From assembly GCA_053919585.1 (NCBI GenBank), contig CM132803.1: DNA of 64,000 bases; one strand, given 5' to 3'. Shown one piece after another: positions 13,254 through 26,217 of this stretch; positions within the stretch are counted from its first letter, which is position 1, and each line of letters starts with the position of its first letter. The notes below the pieces were generated by a model that saw only the letters and a list, made by a program, of their open reading frames with translations, did no database searches and was not told the DNA's origin. This DNA comes from Euprymna scolopes (lineage: Eukaryota). Both the position numbers and the translations under genes were made by a program.

Positions 13254-14169
13254 AAAAATTTTTTTATCACTATTTGGACAAAATGCATTATTACTACTAC
13301 ATATAATTTCATAAAAAAAGAAATAGAGTCCCATAACAACAAAACATTTCACACATATAATTGAATCATATAAATTAAAATGTTGAATAATGAAATTATA
13401 CTTTAGTATTTTATAACAATAACAATTAAAATTATTAGACAATAACTTGTACACTTTTATAAAATATTGAGTACACTTATTGCTTTATTGATTCTGGTCT
13501 ATACTAAAATGGATGACTATTTGAGAATGTCAGGTGCTGTATGTGCTTTCCACTTATGTCAGCACTGTTTCCAGTCATCCTGGATTTCTCCTTGCCACTG
13601 GAGTTAAGCAGTGCTGATTCAGGAGAGTATGGTTAGAGATTACACAACCCTTGCTTCACAATTACATGTGCAGGCACCTTTACAGACGGTATCCATCACC
13701 TCTCAAGACTGAACCCTTATTATTATGATGATCATCATCATTATTATAGTATCTATTTCAAAATATACATTCAAATAAAAGATTTTAATTCAATTTTCAA
13801 CAATTTCTAAAAATTTACATTTTTAGACTGAAAATTATTTGTAAATTTGAAATCCATTTTCATTGAAAAACAAATCTAATAAAACACTGTCAATGAAATT
13901 CTCCAATGAATTTAAACTAAGACAATTGCACTGTAATATATATAAGCTGATAATTATTTAAAACAAGAACAAAACATACTCACATATTTACAAGTTTATT
14001 TTATCCACAGATTTTCAAGCTGTAATTGGTATAAATTGTTGTACATTTTTTTATATGCATCTTGACACAAAGACCTATTCCTACACAGTCGTTGAGATAA
14101 AGGCTTTTCAAATATAGATAGAGAGAAAGTAGCAAATGATTTAGTATGAATAACCAAACATACTGAAAT

Positions 14170-14534
14170 GCATTTTGGGAAATCAATTAATTTTTTTTTT
14201 CTTTTTCATGGTTATTCTAAAAACATCCTTATATATATTAAGATATCACAAAAATGTTGATTTCATAAAAAAAAAAAAAAAAAAAATCATATATCTTGTA
14301 ACCTCAGTCCAGGTTTTGCATAAAGCATAGCAGTCATCACATAGTGTAGCAGCCATTACACACTCAACATATTCACTAGGATTGCTGGTCCCTTTTTTTT
14401 CATCAATTAAAGAAAGCAAGCCACCAACCGACTCTTAAATAATAAAAACAAAATAGAAAACAGCAGCTGCAGAAATTACAATAAGGATGTAGTTTTCAGT
14501 TGGGTTGAAACTACAGGATATTTAAAAGAAGAAG
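14170..14534 (+). promoter_or_regulatory. P2 promoter module and non-coding exon 1
   Basis: GCATTTTGGGA 14170-14180; TGTAGCAGCCATT 14345-14357 then N20-AGGA; donor AAG|GTGAGT 14534/14535. Confidence 0.78.
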
Positions 14535-16331
14535 GTGAGTACATTGAACAATGTTCTTTGTTTTCTCTTTATTTATGATAGTGATGTGATGGATATATAA
14601 AGAAAAATAAAACATTTATAAAGTACATTTTTTTCATGAATTATATAAAGATTTTATGAAATAAGATATTTTTAATTAATGTACAGAGAATATACTTTTA
14701 AATAATGAACCAATTTAAAAGTAAGAAAACTCAACAGCACTTGATACAACTCCAGGAAATTTAAGATAGAATTATTATACATATTTCAAGCATATTTATT
14801 TTCATCAACTAATATTATGTATATACTTTTCACTTTGGAGACTTCATGTGGATAACAACTATTTAATCTGTTTGTATTAAACAAATGAATTCATACCAAT
14901 ATTCATGAATAATTACAAAATCATGAAAATTTAAAGATTATCGTTGCAAATTCTGTTTTTGTTGCATATAATTTCACACATTTTCACAATTTATATTGAT
15001 TACTTAGATATAACTATTCAGACTTAAAAACATTTTGATCAGATTATTTTGCAATTTGAAAATGGGTTGAGAATTGGCAAGCTAACAAATATGGCTACTA
15101 TTTAATAATACAAATAAGTATATTTTATTGAAAAAAATTAACATGATTTTAAGAATGTCAGTGTATTCAATTTCTTGATTCTCAAGCCTTAATGAAATCA
15201 TTTTAATTAAAAAAAATGATAAAAGATTTATTTAAATCCAAAAATTTTCAGATCTTATTTTAATTTACTTTCCAATTCATATAATGTAAATATTTACTGT
15301 ATGATTTTGGTTAATATATAAAAAATATATGAAATTAGCATTGATAAATAAAATCCATTTAAATTTTAAAAAAGTTAATGAAATTGGCAACATAAATAAC
15401 ACTGATATATCTTTTTTTATCATAAATATAAGCATTTTTGTTAAAAATACTTTATATTCATAATCTACTATTTCATATTTTAAAGTCTTTTCATAAATGT
15501 TCATAAGGATACTAACATAATATTATATTGAAGATAAACTCAATTTTAATTGTATTTTAATTAGATTCATATGCAACTAGCTGTATTTATTAGGAGTTAT
15601 CTGGGAGTCTTTTTCATTTCATTTTTTTTAAGTATGCTGTTTGTTTTTATCAAATTCTTCTTATTTTTTTTTAAATAGGATTTTGAAAGTTAAATTTAAT
15701 TATTATGATATTATTTTTTCATTAAATTATTTATTAAACTAAATTAACATTATTTTAATCCATATTTACAAGTGTATTAGATGGAAATATCTTTCAAAAT
15801 GTTCAAGCTATCAATACATGTAGGTTTATCAAGAATATTAAAGCCAGAACTGACTTCCTATTTAACAGTTGAATTACTTTCGAATCCCTTTTAAATTTGA
15901 ATTGATCATAAAGAAATGATATTTTTACTGTTAATAGGAATACTAAAATGGCTAATAAATTCATGATAAGACAAAATGGATTATAGTGAATTTAATTTTA
16001 TATTTAAATTTTTTCATGTGATTAAAATTTTTATTTTATGTCAATGCATTTTCATCTTAAATATTTATTAATCTAAATAAACAATTCAGTGTGTAATTCA
16101 AAATCACAGATTTGCAACTAAGCATACACTGATATATACAAAGTTGTTTTATAATTTTATTAATGTAGAGATTTCTATTTTAAAATATATGTAAACTTTT
16201 CACAAAGTTTAGATATGTTTTAAAATAGAAATTAGAAGATAAAAATATTATAAGTTTTTAATCAATTATTTCATAAAAACTGAAAATTCAAATATACTTA
16301 ACTTTATTTACTTTTTTTTTCTATTTCAGTT

Positions 16332-18818
16332 ATGATAAAATTGAATTCATCAGATTCTTTCCAGAAGCAATCATACATAAAAATGATAGTATTAACATTT
16401 ATTTTGATATTTCTACACATTTGTCATGGTGTGGATTTATCATTTAAAGTTGAAGAAGGCAAAAGTCCTGGCACTTACCTCGGAGACATTGCTGCCGATT
16501 CTAATGTGATGGATGATGTGGCCATACAAGATCAAAATCTCATTGCATTCAGTCTTATGGAACAGGATGGAACAAGCAGCTCTCCATTATTCCGAATTTC
16601 TAAAAATACAGGAAAACTTTATACAGCACAAACATTGGATGCAGAATCATTGTGTACTTCCAACAAAGAATGTTTTGTGATGGTTGATGTTGCTGTACAA
16701 AAATCAAAAAGAATCATGAAGATTTTAGAAATTAAAGTAATAATTCAGGATGTAAATGACCATCAGCCTGAATTTCCTGATAAACAAGTAAACATTGAAT
16801 ATTCAGAGGATGTAGTTCCAGGAACAAAGGTATCAATTCCAAACGCCATTGATAAAGACGTAAGTCAGAAGAATTCTCTTATTACATATTCTTTAAAAAA
16901 ACTGAAGGAAGAACCATTTCAATTGTCAATATCTAAAAAGGTTGATGGAACATCAGACCTTAGTATAACATTAGAAAAAAGACTTGACCGAGAAGTTAAA
17001 GGTTCTTTTATGATTCGAATAATTGCAAAAGATGGAGGATCTCCTCCAAAAGAAAGTATTCTCTTGGTACATATTACTGTAACTGATGTCAATGATAATC
17101 CTCCTGTTTTTTCTCAAAGCGTCTACAATGTAACAATAAAAAACAAACCAAGTGAAACTTCTTCTATTGCGACTTTATCTGCCACAGATTTAGATTCTGG
17201 TAAAAATGGAAGAGTCACTTATCATTTCAGTACAAAAACATCTGATGTTGCTAAAAGTCATTTTAAATTAAATCAACAAACTGGACAAATTTTCTTAGAA
17301 AAGAAATTTACTTTGAGTAATGTATTAACACATAATTTGTATGTTGAAGCTAAAGATGGGGGCATACCACCATTAAATTCACTTGCAATGGTTTTGGTTA
17401 ATGTAATCAATCAACAAAACAATCCACCAACAATTCATCTAAAATTCCTGTCAGCATCAGGAAAAGATTCAACATCAGTTTCTGAAGACATTGAGGTGGG
17501 AAGTTCCATTGCATATGTAAAAGTGACTGATCATGATGTTGGACAAAATGGAGAAGTGAGTTGCAATCTGCATTATGATAAATTTAAACTACAAAGTCTC
17601 GACACTAAGAAATACCAAGTAATTGTGAAAAAAGCATTGGATAGAGAAAGAGAGGCAAAGCATGAAATTATCATCAGCTGTCAAGATAAAGGATCTCCTC
17701 CACTGCAAAGTAAGAGTAAGTTCTCCATCAAAGTCACCGATGTGAATGATGTAAGGCCACAGTTCTCTATGGAGACATTTAAGTTCTTGATTGAAGAGAA
17801 TGAGAAGTCGAGATTTTCTGTTGGCTTCATCAATGCAACAGACCCAGACCTGGGAGTTGGAGGGAAACTCACCTATTCTCTGCTCACAAATAACAAACAG
17901 TTTTTACCTTTCAAAATCAAAGATGATGGCATGATTTCAGCCATTATGTCACTGGATCATGAGTTTCAAAACATTTACAAGTTTCAAGTATTTGTGAAAG
18001 ATAATGGAATCCCATCTCTCAATAATACAGTCAACGTCATTGTTGAAGTGACTGATAAAAATGATAATGCTCCGTATTTTACATTTCCCAGTGTCAATCC
18101 TTATAACATGGATGTTGTATATTACCGGCATCATTCAAAGAACATCACTTGTGTAAAGGCAGCTGATGGAGATAGTCAAGAGAATGCATTTCTAAAATAT
18201 GAAATAATCAGAGGCAATGACAAGCAGATGTTCACCATCAACCAGTACACTGGTTTGTTAACTTTCAATCGGGTGCTTGCGCAACAAGATGCTGGTTCCT
18301 ATGAGCTAGTGTTTGTTGTCAAGGATAGTGGTAGTCCAGTTCTATCAGCAACAACTAGTATGTTTTTCACTGTGACTGTAAGCAACAAGACATCAGAAAT
18401 GCTAAGTGCCGTTCATACAATCACTGAAGATAAAGTTGATCTTACATCAGTCATTATTATTACGGTTGTAGCAGTGACCGTAGCAGTCATCATTACTGCT
18501 TCAATCTCGGTATGTATCATTCGCTGTAATGATCAGAGAAATGTCACATATGCCCATGCAATGGCACCAACCAATGTGGGTGTTGTTGGTCCAAGTGGCA
18601 GATATATGAGTGATCAGAGACATTTGATGTGTCCTTCAAAGCAGGGAATATCTTGGCCAACTGCTGTCAATGTAAACCAAAGTCAAACTGATAAAATAAG
18701 AAATGCACACATAAACCAAACCAGCAGAGAAGCCAATCCTCTAGAAAAGCTTCCCAGTCAACAACAAAGATCAGCCTCTTTACCACAAACTCAAACCAGG
18801 ATACATAACGAACAACAG
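16332..18818 (+). CDS. Protocadherin P2 large exon (signal peptide, EC1-EC6, TM); start may be ATG 16383
   Basis: Acceptor ttcAG at 16329; 6 cadherin repeats, EC1 Cys-X5-Cys; donor CAG|GTATTT at 18818. Confidence 0.95.
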
Positions 18819-19843
18819 GTATTTACAAACTAATTTTTATGTTATTTTTTAAATCTTTTTAGTGGTGCACTTTGTATATTTTTATTTATTACACATAATA
18901 TTAACTTCAAAGAATTCAATATTCCTTTTTATGTTTTTTACTATATACTTTTCAAATGCTGAAAATGATTACTAATTTTATTCAACTTTTTACAACCTGC
19001 TTTTTAACATTAGTCTACCTTCACTCTAAAATTGCACTGCATTAGCAACTATATTGTATTCTATATATTGTAATAATATGTGGTATATATGTTTATAGAT
19101 TTACACAAATTAATTCAAATTATAAATTCATCAAAACATATTTTTCATAGCCAATATAGTGATCTTTTAAAGAATAAAAACACCAACAATTATTAATAAA
19201 ATTTTATTTTATTGTCAGACATTTTTATAATTAGTTAAAAAGAAAAATTGAATAAAGAAATTTAAACAAAAGGCACAACAATTTTATATTATGATATTGT
19301 TAATTTTCAATTTATTGTGTTGTTCAGAAAGTTGATTGATTGTAGCAGTTGGGTCTTTAAACTATACATATAACTGTTATAATTTTGGTATGACTGATAT
19401 ATTGTCATAACTTGCAATGCAGTTACCTTTGGTAGATACATCTTTTATTTTGTCAAACATATTGCCAAATGTGGACAACCAAAAACTGCAGTTTTTTTTA
19501 AAAATCACAAATGAAGTTTAAAATTAAATAAAGTAACTGACAAATTTATCAGACTATACTAAGATATGATTAATATAAAGAAAAGGGGTTAAAGGGTATT
19601 ATATATTTGTTTTATTCACTTCATATTAGGCCGAATTTAAAAAAAAAAAAGTCTATATATGAAAATATGAATCATCTGCCTGGATCATATGTTAAATATA
19701 TTATTCAGCATGTAACAGACAGATGAGAAGTTTTGTTTTATTGTTAAATATTTGTTGCTTCTACGTTTCTGTGCAAATGATGGCCTGTTTACATAAATAT
19801 GTAAGAGATAATTTCTACAATATATAAATAGGAATGTATAGAT

Positions 19844-20570
19844 GTATTACAATAGAAAAATTCAAGCATGAAAAGTAATACGGTTAAGCTTAAACATGAA
19901 AAAGTAAAAGAATAGTTGTTAAAACTGGAAAAGAAAAGGACAAGATATTCTAGTAAAACACATAATAAATTTATAACTTAAAATATTGCAGCATTAAGAA
20001 TTGATTATATAATGTTGAATTAAATTTTTTTTTCATGTTTAAGCTTAACCATATTACATTTCATGTTTTTTCCAGGCTTCCAGTAAATTCACTTGTTCTT
20101 TGTTTAATTTCAGTCTTATTTTTTGTACTCATAAACATAACATACACATATGTAATAACAATGTACGGCACTCGTCTGCTTTCAATAAAATTCCCCCCAA
20201 TTATCTCCTTTTCATTCTTTCATTCTCTCTGTTTCACTTGTTGCTTTTCTTTTTGCGAGAGCAGTGAATTGGTAGCAACACTAATCGCTGAAGCGGCGTG
20301 GTTACTAAGAAAACCAGTCATACAAAACGGTGCTCACCTCCATACGTTTTTTTAAGATTTTGAACACCAGTAAATTCATCATAACTTTTGTTTTACTGAA
20401 CGAAAATTAAATTTTTTTTCATAATATAGATGAAAAAGTGATTTATAAACTTTAATAATTGTTTGAAATTTGGTCAAAAAATGAGTGAGTGGTGAAGCTT
20501 TAAAGCAGTTCTAAATGACTAAAACTGCCACTTAACCATATATTCAAACATTACCATGTTTGAATGATGA
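19844..20570 (+). mobile_element. Non-autonomous interspersed element with internal inverted repeat and terminal hairpin (copy 1)
   Basis: Reverse-complement match to 39370-40154 over several hundred bp; hairpin ATTCAAACA-N6-TGTTTGAAT at the end. Confidence 0.75.
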
Positions 20571-21576
20571 ATGTATTAAATAAATGATGAATAATAAATT
20601 AGGGATAAATGTTAAAGATATAAAACTATATTACTACCAGAGTGAAAAGATTTTATTTCTGGAGGTTGACTACATAAAACAAACAGACTAATATATAAAG
20701 AAAAGTTGGATTCTCGCACATAAAAATATACATTGTGCATGTCTTTGTATTATAACCCACTAGAAATTTTAAAGTAATGTCAAGCCAATCTTCTTAGGAT
20801 AGGAAATTCTCCATAGAGTGTCAAAATTATGTCTTTAGATCAATAACCTCCACTGAACAGACATATTTTATGATAGAATAGACCAACCGTGACTTGATGA
20901 GTCAGTATTTGCTATAAATTCAACTTGGAATGAGTCAAATGTTGACAAGAAAAAATAAATAAGACTCTAATACTGAAAATGTTTTCAATTTATTCTAAAT
21001 TCGTTTTGTCAGATATTTATATCATAAAAAATATGAACATTTTTTTATAATTTTCATACTCTCTAAAAAAACATTAAAAATGTAATTAATTCATTTTTTT
21101 TTAATTTAGAATGTTGGTACATAGATTTAAGTTATTACTCTGATTAGATAACTTTTCATATTAAATGTTAATATCCCTTTTAAAGACTTGCAATCTTTAT
21201 CTGAGATTTGAGTAACAAAGATAATATTTTCACATAAAATATTATCTTACTGCATTTCTTGATCATTTTTGGATAGATCTGTCTCAAACGTACATACATA
21301 TATGATCCTTCATTTAAAAATTATCATCATTTTAATCATTCATTGATCTTTTATACATTTAATTTGAAAGATCTGAATTTTTATCTTTTTAATTCTTCAG
21401 TCGTATAAACGTAAAAACAGAAGAAAATATGCCTATCATAAAACTTTATGATCAATATTATGAAGATTAAAAAATATCTTTATTTAGCTTCACTTAGTAA
21501 TCACATGTTTACTTATTTGATGCATATTTGTAATAAAGAAACATTTTTATAAACTTAAAAATTCTCTACTCAGCAG

Positions 21577-21739
21577 AATGTTATTCATGATGAAGTGGCT
21601 CTTCCGACAAGTCTCAAAAATAAGTCCCGTCAACTCAGTTCCTCTGAATATCTCAATCATTCTTCACCCAAATTGTCTCGTAGTAATAGTAGATGTAGCA
21701 GAAAGGAAACAAACCCAAATCAAAATGAACAAATTACAG
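21577..21739 (+). CDS. P2 cytoplasmic exon 3 (NVIHDEVALPTSLKNKSRQLSSSEYLNHSSPKL...EQIT)
   Basis: CAGCAG acceptor, g|GTAAGT donor, 163 nt open frame. Confidence 0.88.
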
Positions 21740-22228
21740 GTAAGTAAATTATTATGATTCTCATATCTTTTGTTAATTGATAATGAATTTGTTATTGTTC
21801 TTTTGTGTCAGTTCAACTGAATTTCATTTTTTTTAAATAGAAATTAAATTTTGTCATTGTAAAATTTCCTAAAAAATCATGATGTGGAAAGGAGCATATT
21901 AAGAATTATGAATGTTATTCATTTTTAGAAATCAATTTCAATTTTCTTAAAATTGTAGTTTCCACAATATATTCAATTTTTTTTTTAATGTTTCAATAAC
22001 TACCTTTAAAAAATAACTGATTTCCTTATAATTACAGTTATTTTTTATAACATTTGATGAAGCACCTAATATTTATTTTAACAATATTTTTTTAAAATCT
22101 ATAAATAATTATGTCTAACTTAACTTTTAAAATATAATTAATGAGCTGAAACATTCGTCAATGCAGGGTTTCACAAATGTTTCTCTTCTGCACACCAGTT
22201 CAAATAAAAAAGTGCATTATTCAGGTTT

Positions 22229-22249
22229 ATGATGATGATGATGATGATG

Positions 22250-22284
<35 letters not shown>
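22229..22284. repeat. Compound (GAT)n(GATA)n microsatellite
   Basis: Directly visible. Confidence 0.9.
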
Positions 22285-22285
<1 letters not shown>

Positions 22286-23147
22286 TTGGCTAATAAATAA
22301 CCAGAATGCTATAGCAAAAAAACAAAACAAAAATCAATTGTTTAATATGATATTCAAATCTTGAAAGATGGCATAAAATATTGGAACAGAAGATGACAAA
22401 ATTAGAAACAAGGTAGTTTTTTTAATGTGGGAAATATGCTTCTCCTTCCAAAAACCACTCTGGACTAGAACAAAAATGCCTTACTCTAGAAGAATTTCTC
22501 TTCCTTTGACCGAGAAAAGAACTGAACACTATACTAAAAATTCAATAAATAATGTTTTGAAAAGTAGTTTACATAATTATAACCTAAAATTCAATAATTA
22601 AAACAAAATCAAAACATTTTTATATTTAATAACAAGAATTTTATGTGTTGTATAGGTCCATAAACAGTTGATTTTACATAATGAATGCATCAGAATCAAA
22701 ATAATGAAATTGATCAGTATGGAAGAATTATCTAGAAAAAATTAATATAAACACTTGCTTAATAATGTCAACTTTACAGATAATTGAATAAAAATAATAG
22801 AAACTTAATTTGAAAAAAAAAAAAAAATGAAAAGTATCTTTGCAAAAATTTCTTTTATAACCAATCCATTGTAACATGCATGTTTTGCTACAATTTGTTT
22901 TTCTGTTCAGCAACTTTTTCAAAGAAAACATATGCTATATATTTAGTTGGGGTGTACAATGCAGATCTCCACACAATAATTGCAGCAATTTAGAAAGATT
23001 TCATTAATTACCAAATAGGTGTTATTTAACTTAAAAACTATATAACTTAATATTTACCATACTACAAAGTTATTAAAAAAACATTTCTATCTCCTTCCAT
23101 TTACAAACCATAATATGAAAATGGTTAAAGTGTATGCTATTTATGTT

Positions 23148-23616
23148 AAACTAGTGGTGCATCTGGCTTTGCCCGAGCATAAAATACACTTAAATATGAT
23201 ATTTTAATTTGTCCAGATTTCGTAAATCTTATTATAGAGTCAGAATTTCTAAAGTAAAAAAAAAAAAAAAAATTGGGTGCCAACAGTTAGAATCAAAACC
23301 TAAACTGTAGCATTCAAAGCTGATGACGTTACCACTGTACCAACGTGACACGCATATTATGAACTGATTAAAAATTAAAAATAAACTTAGATGGATGTAC
23401 AAAATGTATAACGATTTTTTCAATTTTTAACCATTTTTGACTCCTTAAATACTATTTTAACTGGCTAAAGACCCATAAAAGAACAGTCTGTAACAATCCA
23501 ATCATCTGAGGACTCTAGCACCGCTCTGCAATTTTTAGTTTTAGAGGAGATAAGAGTTTGAAAATAGGGAGGCAGACAAACAAACAGATAGACATATAGC
23601 CTTTTATATATTAGAT
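23148..23616 (+). mobile_element. Helentron/DINE-like non-autonomous element carrying a decayed tRNA-derived segment (minus strand, ~23277-23350)
   Basis: ACTAG..CTGGCTTTGCCCG start, GACA/AACA-type repeats and TTTTATATATTAGAT end; related inverted copy ~31890-32130. Confidence 0.5.
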
Positions 23617-24652
23617 TTACATGGAAAAGTATAAACATTAAATAAGATTTTCAAAATAAATTTTATAATCTTAAATATTGTTACAATGGAATGATAAAAT
23701 GTATCTCTTTCTCAGCTTCACCAGTTTTATAGCATAGGAAAATCAAAGATTGGTTAAGACTCAAAAACAAAATAATAGAAGGTTTACAGTTGTCAAGTGG
23801 TTTCATTGTTTGATTTAACATAGATAAAACCATCTTAAGATATGGTATAAGCCAGTTTGCTGCTTCTTTGATGTAGTTCAGAATACAGACAGACATAATC
23901 TGCATTATAATATACTAGTAAACATATGCTCCTGATTGCATATTTTTGATAGTATACATAATCTAAGTGTTGAATTTGGAATTATTGGAATAAATACCAT
24001 ATTGTCAACAGAACAAATGGTTAATATTATAGCTTGAAGCAGTTACATTCGCTATGTAAACATTATTTTCTTTCAATACATTATAAACAAAATATACAAT
24101 TTTAGAATTTTTTTAGACATGAATGTGTCTGAAAAAGTATTATTTTTTTTATAAAACATCATTGAGATGTAAAATAAAAATCAGATTTAGGTAAGAAAGT
24201 TAAGTAAAGCAATTTCTAAATTAAATACCCTGACTTTTAATTTAATCATTTTAAATAAGACTTAGAGAATTATTAATAACCAATACGTTCTGTATAGCTA
24301 AAATGCAGCTGAAATATCATTTTTTAAAGTGCTTAATCAGTAGTCATTACATTTATTCATTTTCAAGGCATTATAAATAAATTACTGTCTTGTGTTATTT
24401 TACTTTTTGTGGTTTGTAAATGAAAGGGAAAGCGGCGAGTCATATTTAAAAAAAAAATTTAAAATGACCCCGCCCCCTTTCTTCTATTTACAAACAGAGA
24501 AATAGAAATGAAAATTGTAAAAGGGACTTGCTGCTATTTAGGATAAAAATAAGCAAAGTACATGTTTCTAAAATTATATCAAGCTGATGTGTATGTTTTT
24601 TACTATAAATTAAGCAGTTAAATAGTATTTTATAATTTTTATTTGTTTACAG

Positions 24653-24918
24653 ATGTTTACACTTCCCAATACTGCAATTCTCCATCAAAACATAGAGGAC
24701 AGTCATCACAAGAAACAGAGATGAGACCATTGGGACAGACTGTCAACTATCCAAGTGATACAACTATTGTAGCCAGGGGATTCTATACACCAAGTCTTTC
24801 ACAAAACAATGACAACAAAGACTCTGTGGCAGAGGATAGTAATTCTTCTGATACAAGTCTGCCATCAACAGGAAATATTTATAGAAACCCAAGACCCTTA
24901 CCACCAGTTCCTCATTAA
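24653..24918 (+). CDS. P2 terminal exon 4
   Basis: tacAG acceptor in phase 1; VYTSQYCNSPSK...RNPRPLPPVPH*. Confidence 0.9.
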
Positions 24919-25359
24919 ATTTATATTTTTTCTACCTAAAATCAGCATAAATTTAATATAGTTGGATATTCAATATTTATTAGATGAAATATGACTCTAA
25001 ATACAATACATACTAAAAGGAACAAAATTATATGATTAAAAATATAGATTGTTGAATTTTAACGTAAGTTTACAAATTATATATATACTTAGCAGTCATC
25101 AGTAAGGAAAAATATAGTTTGGAAATGTTATAGTGAAACAAAGAATAATAAGAACATAAACAATTTATGACATATTAAGAAATTTCTAAAATAATTTCAC
25201 TCCTATTTACAGTTTTAAAACAAGTTAATATTATATTTAATATAGTGCTACAAATAAATATTCATACATACATTAGAGAGACATTGATGTTAAAGCAATG
25301 AAAGCCATTGTCCTGATTGTGTGTGTGTGTGAGAGAGAGAGAGAGAAGTAGAATCAGGA

Positions 25360-25712
25360 GAACAAAGAACTGTGTGAAAAAAAGAGCATCTTGGGAGTTT
25401 GAAATTAATTTTTTAAAAACAAAATTTTATTCAAATCTTCATATATATTTTATACTGGATACATGAAAATTTCGAATTATTTCATTAAAAACAAAATAAA
25501 AACAAATAAAACCGAATGCAATTATATTCCTGCTGAACAGTAGTCACCACTTATTGTAGCAGCCATTGCACACAAAACACACACAACAGGATAATTGTCT
25601 TTTGTGTTCATATGGAGGACTCAACCCTGTATGGAATTTCCAAAGAGCAGCTGTGAAAATTATAATGAAAATTTAATTTTTATTTCTGAAGACAAATTTT
25701 CATAAAATAAAG
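25360..25712 (+). promoter_or_regulatory. P3 promoter module and non-coding exon 1
   Basis: GAACAAAG 25360, GCATCTTGGGA 25386, TGTAGCAGCCATT 25555-25567, donor AAG|GTAAGT 25712/25713. Confidence 0.78.
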
Positions 25713-26165
25713 GTAAGTAAAGTTTTTATTTTTCTGTTATTATTTTTCTCTCTCTGTTGGATTTATAAACCACTGAAAATGCAAATAGATATACAATCTA
25801 ATTTAGAGTTTTTAATATTGTTAATTTTTTTTAGTGTTATTTTGAATACTTTTAATTCAATTGTAAGCTTCAAGTATTTTTAAAATCATATCTTATTTTG
25901 ATTATTTAAAAAATTTTAAAAACTCTACACAAAGTGGTTTATGTAATTATATATTTATCTATAATGTTAGCAGTTGTAATATTAACCAAGACGATTGTTC
26001 ATTTGCCTTTAAATATATTTTTATATGAAAAATATATTTTTTAAATTTCGTTTCACATGTTATATTTTAATTTATTTTTGTTTAAAAATATTTCAATCTT
26101 ATTCTCAGACAAAGGATAAACATGCTAGACATTTTTCTATATATAAACATGCCTGCTATAAAGAT

Positions 26166-26167
<2 letters not shown>

Positions 26168-26213
<46 letters not shown>
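26168..26213. repeat. (AT)n microsatellite
   Basis: Directly visible. Confidence 0.9.

Positions 26214-26217
<4 letters not shown>

Noticed and set aside
18819-18833. ORF-track C-termini of the ~830-aa proteins (e.g. VFTN, VSLNLCLHYFL)
   Set aside because: They are intron read-through past conserved phase-0 GT donors; the real tails come from exons 3-4
23277-23350. tRNA gene
   Set aside because: Stems and B box are degenerate and it sits inside a repeat; treated as tRNA-derived
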